DNA of 64,000 bases from Gnetum montanum (taxonomy: Eukaryota; Plantae; Gnetophyta), in assembly GCA_015680685.1 (NCBI GenBank), contig MNCI01003240.1, positions 347,468 to 411,467 on the forward strand. Direction: 5' to 3'. The translations under genes were made by a program, and so were the position numbers. Shown here in pieces: positions 13,082 through 24,894 of the stretch. The number at the start of each line of letters is the position of its first letter. Within the stretch, counting starts at the first letter, position 1. Below the pieces are notes generated by a model. The model ran no database searches. It was not told the DNA's origin and saw only the letters and a list, made by a program, of their open reading frames with translations.

Positions 13082-13560
13082 TTATGTGACTATTGCTTGA
13101 CCTTTTGTGGAAGATTGAGCAACATAGTATAGGTCAAACTTTGCAATCCTCGCCATCCACCTAGCTATCCTACTCAACTCGTAGATGTTGTTAGTGATGG
13201 CACAGAGTACATTATCCTTAAAAATGATGTTAACTTGATTGCAGAAGAGATAATGCCACCATTTCTTCAAGGGAAAAACAAGGGCAAGGCATGATTTCTC
13301 TACGTCATTGTACCATTTTTCATAGGCAATTAAAGCATAACTTAGGTAATATACCAAGATTTTGACTCCATCTTGATGTTTTTGACATAACATCGATGTG
13401 ATGGAAGAATTAGAAGTTGCAAGGTAGATGTAAACGGGTTTATTGCCTTGTGGGGGATAAATAGTTGGTAGTTGAACTAGCTCTTGTTTTATGTTCTCAA
13501 ATTCTTCTTGACATTGTTGGGTCCATTGGAAATGCATTTTTTTTCATAATAGGTGTTGCA
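13082..13560 (-). pseudogene. pol: Tether/RNase H of B
   Basis: FQWTQQCQEEFENIKQEL..P..YIYLATS..VYYLS..YNDVEKSCLALV..SRIARW. Confidence 0.9.
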
Positions 13561-14738
13561 TAGGTCTCAACTTATCTGTCAACTTTTTGATAAAGCGTCT
13601 AATGAATTATAGCCTACCTTGAAGGCCACATAGTTCGATAAGATTCTTTGGCAGTTGCATATTAGTTATTTCCTTAACCTTATTAGGGTCTACCCATATT
13701 TCTATTTTAGAGACTACGAAACTAAGCATTTTTCTCATTTTGACACCAAATACACATTTCTTTGGATTGAGTCTAAGGTCATATTTGAGATAGCGTTTAA
13801 TCACTAGGTCTATATCTTTTGCATGTTGTTTAGTTGTTTTAGATTTAATCACAATATCATCAACGTAATCATTGAGTAGGTTAAGCATGTAATCACTAAA
13901 TATATATGCCATGGCTCGTTGATATGTGGCTGTTGCATTATTTAGACCAAATGGCATCATAGTATAATAGAATGTACCCCAAGGTGTCATGAAAGTTGTT
14001 CAGAGTTGATGTTCCAAATTGATTCTTATTTGGTTGTATCCTGAAAATCCATCCATAAAGGATAATAGTGCATGCCTAGTAGTTGTGTCAATAAGTTGAT
14101 CGATGCTAGGTAATAGGAAATCATCCTTTATAGTGGCTGTGTTGAGATCACGGAAGTCGATGCATATGTGTATACTACCATTCTTCTTAGGGACTACAAC
14201 AATGTTTGATACCTAATCGGAATAGTCAATGGCCTAGATGAAGCTGACTTGGTAGATCTTTGTGATTTTAGCATGGACTACTAATGCCACCTCGGGTCTA
14301 ACCTTACGTGCCTTTTGTTTTACTAGTTTAATTTTTTCATCGAGAATAATGTTGTGTTGGACGATTTAGGGGTCTAACCCTAGCATGTCGATATATGACC
14401 ATGCAAATATTTTTATGTTGTCTTTTAGTACTTCAGTGATGTCACCTACAAGTTTCAAGTCTAGTAGGGAACTTAATTTCAATGTCCTAGCTTCGCCATT
14501 GACTGTAGTAATGGGGATTTCAACTAGAGGATCTTCAATGATATTATTAGCTTCTAGATCTAGAGTCTTAGTCACGTTTTTAGGCTAGTCTAACATTTCT
14601 TGAGTGGAGGCTATTAAATTAGTATAGGTGGATGGGTCTAAATCCAAAGATTTTGGGTTGATTTCTCTTTTTACCTTTCCATATGGTCCACTGAGAGACA
14701 ATGTTGAAAGGATATTCTTGATGGTCATGTGCTTGCTC
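13561..14738 (-). pseudogene. pol: Reverse transcriptase of B
   Basis: FAWSYIDMLGLDP; CIDFRDLN; FMDGFSGYNQI; TPWGTFYYTMMPFGLNNA; YVDD; RLNPKKCVFGV. Confidence 0.95.
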
Positions 14739-17700
14739 CTGCCAATTTAAAATGGGAGTGAAATAAGAGACACCCTATTGGTGAAAGCATTACTAAATGT
14801 AAATGAACATAGGGTGATCAAACTATGTACTAATAAAATTGGGAGACGCAGCAGTAGTCATGGAAGTTTTAGGCTGTATCGGGCTAGATGGCAGTTTTAG
14901 GCCATACCGGGTAGGTAATATTCATGTTGACTTGTCATGAGTGTGCAAAGCATTTTTGATTTTTGAAAATTTGTGTGAACAATAAGGTTACGAGACTTTT
15001 GAATTTTATGAATTTTATGAAATGTCTAAATGTGTTGTATATATATATATATTTTGTTGGTTTTAACTTTTCATCCCTTCCTTTACATAATGATAATTTT
15101 TGGCCTCCTTTCCAAAGGATGAAATAATGAAGAATACTAGGCCAACATAAAATAAAGACGACATAAGTGAAAAAGAAAATTAGACATGATCAATTTAAAT
15201 AAATAAATAAAAGAAAAGAAAATAAAATAGAATGTTTTGGGTTTAAAAAGGGTGTTTAAAAGTGAAGAAAGGGGATTTTGTTCTAGCGTGAGTTCTTGGA
15301 CTGTAGCATGAGCTAGGACTGTAGTGTGACCTACAGCATTAGCATTAGCGTGAGCAAGGTGATGATGAAGGACAAGGATAGAGGAAAGCCAAGTTGGAAC
15401 AAAAGGAAGAGGCAGGAAGATCTAACGTTTGTGGAGGAGAGTGAAGAACTTCTCTAGTGTATCCTCCAAGCCAAGATTCCAATGAGGAATGGGGCCTTGC
15501 ATAGGTAGATTTGTTTTCTCTTGCTTTTCTCGGCATTTTTGTGGACAGCGTTACCTAGGGTAGAATTTCTATGGCTGTGATTTTGGGATTTTGGGGCTGC
15601 AATTTTCTTGATTTTTGTGGCGTTTGGCATGAGTGTGAGTGATTCTAGACGTGATTAGGAGCATGAGTGGAGTTACAGGGGGAAGGTTTTAGTTTTTTTG
15701 ACAGTGTGAGCTCTGCCATGGGTGGAGGATTTTCAACGTGAACACCAGGTCTTAGGCAAAGTGAGCACAGGCAAGGGTTCCAGGGCAAGGTAGCATGAGC
15801 TACATGTAAAGGTTTAGGGTAGGGCAGCGTGAGTTGCATGTAAGGGTAGTGTGAGATGGGTTTTCAGGCTTTTCTGGGCATCCTAGGCCATAAGGTTTTT
15901 TAGCTTCCTTGGGCCTCTGGGCTGCAAGGTTTTTTTCTAGCTTATTTCGGGTGTCCTGGGCTACAAGGTTTTTTTGGCTTATTTCGGGTGTCCTGGGCCA
16001 TAGGGTTTCTCAACCTTCTTGGGCTTCAGGCTAGGAAATGGCCAGTGTGAATGTAGGTTGGGGAGGTTTCTACCGTCAATTTTTTATTTTTCTTGTGCCA
16101 ATGCAAACACAAATTTCTTTGGGCAGCGTGAGTGGCAAGTTCCCAATGTGAGTGGCTAGACAAGCCCTAGTGTGAATGGCTAGACAAATGCCAGCGTGAA
16201 TGGTTGGACAGGCCCTAGTGCGAGTGTGAGTTTGGCACATCAGTGTGAGTTAGGCTATGAAGGCCAATGTGAGCCCTCTAGCGTGACTTGTTTGGCCACA
16301 ACGTGAGCTTGCTAGAAGGCCCAGCGTGAGTTTGCTAGGATACCCATTACCTGTGTGGATTTATTGTGAAATGGATTTCAATGTACCTAGTGAGCTTCAA
16401 ATACACTAAATAGATATTTTTGTCCTTGTCTCATGGGGTGAAGCGGTGCATTTAAAGTATTTTTTATGTATTTTTTTGAATTTATGTGATTTTGACCTAT
16501 TGTTAGCACTTAGATTCTTCACTTACCTAATGTTTTGGCTGTATGCAGGGGACCTAAATCTTCTCTTCTCGTAGTTTAGCCTATTGGCATACTTGCTTGG
16601 TTTGGCCCCTTTGGACTGGACACAGCTCCCTATGACCTGCACATTGGTCCCCATGTGATATGGTTATATCCCGATGTTAGTTAATTTTTGTCATTCACCC
16701 TACAAAATTTTAGTGTGGTTATATGGTCTCATCTAAGTGAACAATTGGCTCGTGATATCATTGAGACAACGCTGCCTAGGTCTACACAAGGCATGCTTGC
16801 CTTTATCACTGATATCAATGCGGGACTTTTTAAGGTTGGGGGAGGCCTTGCTAAGGGGCCTAGATCTACTTGTCCCTTGACTCATGTGTGAAAGCTGCCT
16901 ACTTGTGTTCATTACAACAATAACAACACACTTTTCTTAGCCTTCCATGTGCATACTCTATTCCAGAACCCACCTAAGATAGTCTATTGAGTGGACAGGT
17001 ATGCTCTTTTGCTCCTTACTTTACTTTTTTATTTCTTTTTAAATTTTATGTCATCATCTAAATGTTTTTTTCCTATGCAAGCCCCGCTTTGATGAACATG
17101 GGATGCACAATGATGATGGTGGGCTTTCCTTAATGCGTACAACACTAGAGACATTCATGGTGGGTCCAATTCTTTGTGCTGCAATATTGGACCAGAAAAA
17201 GGTGGCTATTGTTGACTACCATAGGTAGTTTTCAAGAGCCTTTGAGCGCTACCACGTTCATGGTTGGTTACATGAGGATTGGTCTTCTAATGGGCCAATT
17301 TTCCCTCAAAGAATTGATCCTGAACCTACCCCACCTATGCCACTTACTGATGGTAAATGACCACACTCTAGACTCCATTTTATTTTTTTGCTGCATTATC
17401 TTGTACTATGCTTTTAACTCTTCGCTCTAAGTTTTCTTTTTACAGTAGCTGTCCCCCTCAAAGAATTTACTATTATAATAGGGCACACTGAGGCCACCCT
17501 TTTTATGAAATTTATGGAGGTAGAGTAGTCACAAAAATGGTTGCAGAAGAAAGCTTCTGATTTGATCATTAGCTGCCTTACCCGAGTAGGTCTGATAGAC
17601 TTGTTTACAACTTTGAATCCTAGTATTTCGATTACTAAGATGATCACTATTGTTGATTCTTTCAATGATGATGCTTCTCATTTTAGCACGTAGGTTTGAG

Positions 17701-20700
17701 AAGTTAAGGTATCTTTTCACTTGACCTCTAAATTCCTTTCTAATCTTTTTGGTGTACCCATGGATGATGCTAAGGTGACTATAGATAGGGAAACTAAAGA
17801 AGGCTAGGTCATAAGAGAGCTTGAGCAGTGATTAGGTGTGTATCGGGGTTCTAAGGGCTTTGCCATGTGAGATGATACCTGATCAATATAGATGAACTTC
17901 TTGTATCCTCTCTTCTGGGCATGGGCATTTCCCAAATCTCTTTCTCAAGGAAGAAACCTTGGGATCGAGTCCACATGTGTTATGCATGTAGTTTTAGAGA
18001 CAGGCATGCGCTACTGGACATAGTTTCTTCAATCTGGTTTTTGTGGGGAGATCATTAGATTACATTCAAAAATCCATGCTAAATCTCATTTTACTTTTGA
18101 TTTCTTTGTGGGGTTCCTACATAGGTTTGTTGAGTTCCTAGTAGTTTATGATGATAACCACTACATTTTGAGGGATTGTTCACAACTTTCGCACCCTTGG
18201 ATCTACCATTTATTTAGCACCACTAGATCCTAGGATCCACTAGAAGACATTGAGGAATTAGTATCAGTTACTAGTGGAGGTGTGGCTAGTCATTCCCATC
18301 ATTCCCATGATAGCTTGGGATTGGAACTGCCTAGGCTATGCATGTCTATTAAAAGGGGTGAACGTTTGATTAGTAAGACTATTGGGAAGTCCAAGACGAA
18401 GGTGAATAGGAAAGAACGTCCAAGGGAGCCTGCTCTAGATGTGATACCACCAAGAGCAAAGAAGATTCAATTTGTACTACCAATGGAGGATAAGCATTTT
18501 TACTATTATATATTTATTATTATTATTATTTGTTTTTTTCGGCCCATACATTATGTATACTAAGTTATACTAACTCTAAGATTTTGGAATTATTAGAGGA
18601 AAGTCCTAAGAGAGAGAGAGAGAGAGGCTTTGGCCCTGATGGTTGATCCTGAAGGATTTGTCACAGGGCTAGAGGAAGAGGCAAAGGAAAGAGAAGAAAC
18701 AATCGAAGAACCTCTCACCTTGCAAGAGGAAGATGTGAGAAACATCATGGGGACGAAGCTTGCAGAAGCTTTGGATGCACTTAGGCATTTAAGTGATGAA
18801 AGATGTGTTTTCGATGGCTTCTTCAATGGGTCTTTATAGCTTGGTGATCTACCTAAGCTAAACAACAAATGGCTTTTTGGTATGTTCCTTTTAGCTTAAT
18901 CCATGTTTTGTACCCTTTAATTTTCATGTGTTGCTTTTGATTATCTTGATTATTTATAGCATCAGAGGTAGACGTTGAGATTTCTAAGGCACATACATCT
19001 CAAGCAGAGGTGTCAGAAATACAAGTTTCAATCGAGGTGACCTCCCCTACTTGTCCCACACCAACTCACTAGATAAGACCATGGCCTAAGATGCCTAGTA
19101 AAATTGATTTTGTTAAAGGCATCATTAATGATGTGGTCGCTCGCCTATAAGAAGCTCATCCAGAACTAGATATATGTGTATGTTATGTATTATGTGAAGT
19201 TTCTGGGTTTATTGTGTTTCTTTGTGTTCATTATCAATTATAGCTGATTCGTATGTGCAGTACTTACACCTACAGGTGCCAAGCTCCAATGGGATCCTTC
19301 TAAAGCTACCCACATTGATGCCCTCCCCAAACTTCCAAGGAATATTGAGCAAGTTTCTAGGAATGTGTACGATGCAGTCTCTGGTTGTGTCATACCAAAC
19401 GCCAAGTCACTTTGGACTTGTAGGCATTTAGTTGAGTATTTATGGGACAAGGTTCATTCATTGAAGGAAGCACTAGCAAAGGAGAGAGAGGATAAAAGGG
19501 ATCTCCAATCGTGTTATGATCTTACTACTGCTAGACTTTTTGGTGATAACACTTGGCGCACATTTGAAATCACCTATGCATGTTACTGGACAGTTTTGAA
19601 TAGTAAAGTGCAGATGACATAGGACATAGTAGAACAAAGAGCACGGATGGACTTGCCAAATAGGAAATGTCATGATTGGAAGTCCTTTGTTGCAAAGGTA
19701 TGGAAATGGGGCCAAGACCAAAAGGACCAGAAGCATCAATATAAGAAATGGGTAAAGGAGGAGTCAATTGACATCACCGAATGGAGATGTTCATCGATGG
19801 GTTAGGCTTGTAGCCTACTTATGATAGGTTTGTCAAGTGCACCGAGGTGGAGGGATCTCCTAAGAGAACCACTGCTACCACCTCCGGGGAGGCTTCGATA
19901 GGCATGTTCTCTCTAGAGCGTCCTACCTAGACTTCGGTGGACAAGGGTAAAACCTTGGCCAGTGTTGATCTTGGCTTGGATGAGGATTGGGCAAACATGC
20001 CTGAGGAGGAGATTCTATGGTGTTTGGAGGCCAACTTAGGGTGCTCCTCACTTGTGAGTTTTTATTGTGGCATTTATTTTTTATGGTTTTATTATTTTCA
20101 TTATTAGTGTTACTGTTTTTCTTAGTTTTACATTTATGATTTGCTTTACTACTCTTACCTATTGTTTCTATTTTCTGTTTTCTGTTATAGGGACATATTA
20201 AAGTGGAGCGAGAGTGGATGATGTAGAGGATCTTGGGGACCAGCCCCTTCCATGAGCTTATTGTTAATCAAACTTTAGCTATTAAATGTTTTGGATTTTT
20301 GAATGTTTGATGGAAACATATGGTTGAAAAATGTAATAACATGGACCTAGTTATGGCATGACACGTTGGATTTTACTACCATGTTAACATATCATCTTTT
20401 TTTTTTGTTTTCTCTTTTTTATTTTTCTTTTTCAAGTATTATCGTGAACATATGCATGTAGCCAAATGTAAAATGGGGGAAAAATGTAAATAAACACTTG
20501 TAAAAGAAGAAAGTAGCGAGAAGGCATAGGTTGATATTGCAACTTGTACTATTTAAACTAAAATTTGACGTAACATAGTGAATGTTTCTAAACTTGTGAT
20601 GTATGGAATCTTATTTTAAAGCCATTTTGGGCTATTCACATTAGTTTAAAGTCATGGTGGACTATTTCATTTGTTGTTAAAGGAAGGAGGATTACTAGTT

Positions 20701-20945
20701 TTATGCCATAGTGGGCCAAAAGCACTAATAGTTTTAGGATCTTTTAAAAGGAAACCGGCCATTTCTGACTGTGGCTAGTTTAACGTCATTGTGAACATTT
20801 GCTAGCGATTTAACATTGTACTAAATGATTGGTAGTTTAATGTCATTTCAGATATTTTTTGATTCGCTCTAGTTCTTGATTTGCCTCTTAACCTTTTGTA
20901 GCTTAACATGTGGGCTTGGGCATGTAGGTATGATCTTATACTCAC
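14739..20945 (-). other. Predicted 6.2-kb intron between PR and RT of B
   Basis: Donor GAAG|GTGAGT at 20945, phase 1, within ..FDEGE-G. Acceptor TCTCTTATTTCACTCCCATTTTAAATTGGCAG|GA at 14739. C has a homologous acceptor at 54731. Confidence 0.65.
15362..20255 (+). pseudogene. Antisense 8-exon cargo gene of B: FCP1/NIF-like (HAD) pseudophosphatase, PMD/Transposase_32-like domain and helical tail
   Basis: Exons about 15362-15504 (tentative), 16549-16998, 17081-17352, 17446-18489, 18597-18879, 18960-19169, 19261-20053 and 20191-20255. Phases checked and compatible across introns 1-3. Exon 2 reads LLVV*PIGILAW..LYPDVS*FLSFTLQNFSVVIWSHLS..YNNNNTLFL..LFQNPP. Exon 4 reads CLTRVGLIDLF..IVDSFNDD..F..FLSNLFGVP..YW. 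Confidence 0.8.
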
Positions 20946-21741
20946 CTTCCCCTTCATCGAAGATGTCAAAGGGTAATTCTAACCAAGAGACATTAGTAGG
21001 AATGGATCCTATGTTTGTGTTGTCTGGTGCTTCCTTAGTTTTAGTAGGATTGTGAGTTAACATTGGGTTCATGTCTTGAGGTATGCTCATAGTTCCTTGC
21101 TTAGGCTCAACAAACTTAATTTTTGACTCTTGATCTACCTCAGGGTGTGAGGAAGTGAGTAGTACTGTTGTATCCCCATGTATGATGATTTCACCATCCT
21201 CATAAGGTAGGTGGATCTCTTGATGGATTGGTAAGGATACGACTCTAAGTTGAGCCAGCCAGGGATGTCCTAGAATCAGGTTAAACCCTGACATTTCATC
21301 GACTACTACAAATTTAGTTGATGTGGGGAATTGGTCCCCAGCTATGAAATCTAAGGTAACCATACCTTTCACCCCAACATGGGAACCACTGAAGGATTTT
21401 AGAAAAGAAGTTGTTGTGGGCTGTATTTGTTCAGTAAGTCCCAGTTTTTCGATGACGGGAAAAGGTATTACATTTGTTGTTGCACTGTCATCGACATGGA
21501 CCCTACGTATCTTGAAATGATTGACCTGTATCATTATGAACATAGGGGCTGTGGTGACTTCTCCTATTTTCTCATCTAGTTTAATATCCTTAGCACAAAA
21601 CTCTAGGGATGTAGTCTTTGATTCCTGATGTTGTGGGGAAAATATTGCATAAATGAATGGTTCATCTGTAGGAAGGTCCCCACTAACAAGGATCAAAGTC
21701 AGCATCCGTATGAGAGCTTCTCGTTGTACTGGTGAAGTCAT
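20869..21741 (-). CDS. Aspartic protease portion of B gag-PR; ends in a stop and is not fused genomically to RT
   Basis: 290-aa ORF with RRVHVDDSATTNVIP and FNLILGHPWL..HQEIHLPY. Confidence 0.9.
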   Translation of the reverse strand: MTSPVQREALIRMLTLILVSGDLPTDEPFIYAIFSPQHQESKTTSLEFCAKDIKLDEKIGEVTTAPMFIMIQVNHFKIRRVHVDDSATTNVIPFPVIEKLGLTEQIQPTTTSFLKSFSGSHVGVKGMVTLDFIAGDQFPTSTKFVVVDEMSGFNLILGHPWLAQLRVVSLPIHQEIHLPYEDGEIIIHGDTTVLLTSSHPEVDQESKIKFVEPKQGTMSIPQDMNPMLTHNPTKTKEAPDNTNIGSIPTNVSWLELPFDIFDEGEGEYKIIPTCPSPHVKLQKVKRQIKN

Positions 21742-24500
21742 TACTAGGTCATATAGACTTAAAGAATTTTTCTTTTGTTTTAAGGCTTCTGTGACCTAGG
21801 TCAACGCGCTTGCTAGGTCTTTACCATTTGGGGCATCCTTGTCTATGCAAATTTGGTCCATTTGACCCAGCATTCATATTTCTCATGGAGGAATTTTTGC
21901 GTTGGTAACTAAACATGCTGGGTTCGGGATACAACCCATGACATTATCCTTGTTTTGATGACTCATAATAGGCTCATTAATGGATGGACCCATAGGAATA
22001 GCATTTAGGATTTTGGTGGTACTAATTTGTCCTAATGATTTTCTCTTTCCAGGCACTCTCTTGTAAGCCTATCAGCAAGACATTCTCACAAAGGTCATGG
22101 GGGAATGGAGGTGGATTATGTGTCAAGGTGTTTTGGCACCCGGATCATAAAGGGAATGGGTCAATTTTTAGATGGTATGGTTGTTGTTGCAATGGAAGGA
22201 GGTATGCAAATGATGAATGATTTTTGTGGTGTAGGGGATGTGCATATGATGAAAGGGATTTGAGAAGATGTTGGGGTAGATGTGTTTTCTGAAGGCCTGT
22301 GGATCACAAAAGGTTTTCTCGGGACTTCCTATCTATTCTTCACATGGATAGTATTAATCACATATGGTGCATCATTGGTATTGAGAGGATCTTTGTAGAT
22401 GCCCATGGGTTGGCTTTGGGGTCTTACTGGGTTTCCCTCATCGAATACTACTTCACCGTTTTCAATCATGCATTGTATATCCTGTTTCAAGTTGAAACAG
22501 TAATCAGTCCCATGACCACACTTTTGGTGATATTCACAAAACCTATTCAATCTAAAGCCTCTTGGAATAGGGGGTTCATCAGCTATTGCTAAGGATGGGT
22601 TCTTGGTCAACTCACAGAATCGATCATGTTTTGGAGACACTGTGGAAGACATTTGTTTATGTTTGATTAACCTAACTTTTAGAAGTTGATCAAGAAATTG
22701 TGAAGGCTTCATAGGTAAGGATGTATATTGAATGTGGTCTTTTCTTTCAAATGTATAGGCATGACCCATGTTGGTGCTTTTATTTGAGGAGGTTTCAGGT
22801 GTAGGTGTGGGTGTGTTTCTTTCATAGCCATTTGGGACAACTGGTTGTTTTCCCTTCTATCCTAGATGGTTAGGTCGGGTTGTCTTAGCCACTACTACTA
22901 GTGTTGTTTTGGATTTATCTTTCTTTGTATGTTGGCTCTTAAAGGTTGAGTAAGCTGGGTCCTTTCTTGTTTGTGCCACCTCTTCTATATCCTTAATTTG
23001 CACAAATTCTTGGCTTAATATGTAGGCTTTCAAGTAGTAAAGCTTTGAATTAATAAAGTCATTCATGGGCACCTTAAGGATGGTAAGTAGATATGTTTCA
23101 GGGATGGGCTCATGAAGTTCATTCAAGGCTACACTCCACCTTTGGATAAATTTCTATACTAGCTCTAATGGGGCTTGTTTAATTTGAATCAAGCTATCCA
23201 ACGTGGCTTCAGGTTTCAGATTGTACTTGAAACGGGTAACAAACCGGTGCAAAAAGTCCTCTAAAAAATATATGGAACTGTGGGGTAAATCTCAATACCA
23301 GTCTAAGGATTTTTCCATTAAGGACATAGCCAACACACATAGAATTACATGAGGCCATGCCTAGAGAAATAGACATTTTTTTCGAAACATTACTAGGTGG
23401 GTGTTTGGATCTCCCTCTCCATTGTACTTGGTTAGCTGGGCTAACAAAACTCCCTTTGGCAAGGTTAAGGGTGGAACTGAGGGATCAATTGGATCATCTT
23501 GATAGAAGTCTAGTACCTTGACTTCCTTGGTGTTTATAGTTTTAAGGTGCTTTAATTCTTCTGCTAATGAGTGCATCATTTTTTTCATGTCTGCCTACTC
23601 TTGGACGGTAGGCAAACTAGTGGGTTGAGTTGGTGGTGGTTGATAATGATTCGATTGTTGCATTGTTTGTGGAAAGAGAGATTGTTGGGTTGTCATTTTT
23701 TGTGGTGGGATGACATTCGGGGCTAAGACTATAGGGTGCGGTATGCTATAAAGAGTAGATAGGTTTTGCTGAATAGCTGGTGGGACCCACTACCCAACGA
23801 CAAGTTGTGAAGTGACATCCTGAACGTGTTGGGTTGAAGTAATCAATGGTGCTTCATGGATTTGCACTTGAGGTATATAATGGGTGGACATGGAAGCTGG
23901 TATAATCGATGGCATCCCAATTACTTGAGGTCAAAAGGTTGATCCTACATTAGTTTAGGGAGGAGGTTGTTGGGATTGTATTTCCAAAGGTACGATGGAA
24001 GTGGACATGTTAGATTGAACATTGAGCTTGGTGAAGATGGGAATGGAGGTGGGTACTTCCTATAGAGAAGATGGTGGTGGAAGTATAGTATCTTCTAGGA
24101 AGGGTTGGAACAATGAGTTTGTATGGGCATGGGAACTGATGGTATGGTATGAATTCCCATCTTCAGATTGGGCTACGAAGTCATCTTCCTCATCTCCACC
24201 ATGAGGATCTATTGGAAGTGGTTGTAAGGCTTGAATTCTTGTCATGAGAAGCTGGGATATGAGTCTATGATGGTGTTTGGAGAGAGGGATTATATCGAAT
24301 GATAAGGGGATGAACTCATGACCTCCTTTGTAAATAAGTTCATAGTCTCGCTTCGCTTCCCTCTCTACACTATCAATAGGCAAGTTGGCTTGGATCTTGA
24401 CATAGATGAAGTTATACTATTCTGGTGTAAGAGTTGCATAGGTAGGGTCCTTGCCCTATAGCCTGAGTGACTGGAATGTATGGCCTTGGGGGTTTATCTA
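21742..24500 (-). pseudogene. gag: gag of B (decayed)
   Basis: KYNGEGDPNTHLVMF; Tat-type knuckle FCEYHQKCGHGTDYCFNLKQDIQ in ORF 22329-22769; Pro-rich N-terminal region. Confidence 0.9.
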
Positions 24501-24872
24501 TTCAATAATAGTTATGGATTCCATAGCAGTCACAAGGTTCGAGATTTCAGCCCCAAAGTTAGAGATCGACAGTGTTACTGGGTTAATTTGGGAGGATTCC
24601 ATAGTGAACATGAGTAAGCTAGGCTAGACAAGTTGAATGTGAGCAACTGCAGTGTGACAAATAGCATGGGAAACTATAGCATGAGTTAACTATAGCATGA
24701 CTGACAAATAACGTAAGAGTAGTTGTAGCATGAGTTACCTGTAGCATGAAGTATTAGGGTGGGTAAGTTAAGCTAGCTGGACAAACTGGGCTTTAATTTT
24801 AGCACCTCGTCTGTGTAGCATTTTCGACAGGAAGCATGATCATCGTTTTAACAGACAATAAACAAGTTAGGT

Positions 24873-24888
24873 CCTCCTTCTAGTGCCA
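24873..24888 (-). other. Primer binding site of B, tRNA-Asn-like
   Basis: Minus strand TGGCACTAGAAGGAGG, 6 nt from the LTR. It is complementary to the plant tRNA-Asn 3' end as I recall it (CCTCCTTCTAGCGCCA), with one transition. Confidence 0.8.
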
Positions 24889-24894
24889 ATTTAC

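Noticed and set aside
18489-18496. AT-starting donors (also 19170, 60775, 62337) as U12 AT-AC introns
   Set aside because: No ATATCCT consensus and the acceptors end in AG; homologous donors in other copies are GT, so G>A decay explains them.
15362-20255. Cargo gene as a host gene that the elements inserted around
   Set aside because: It lies inside a TSD-bounded LTR pair and recurs at the same internal position in three elements.
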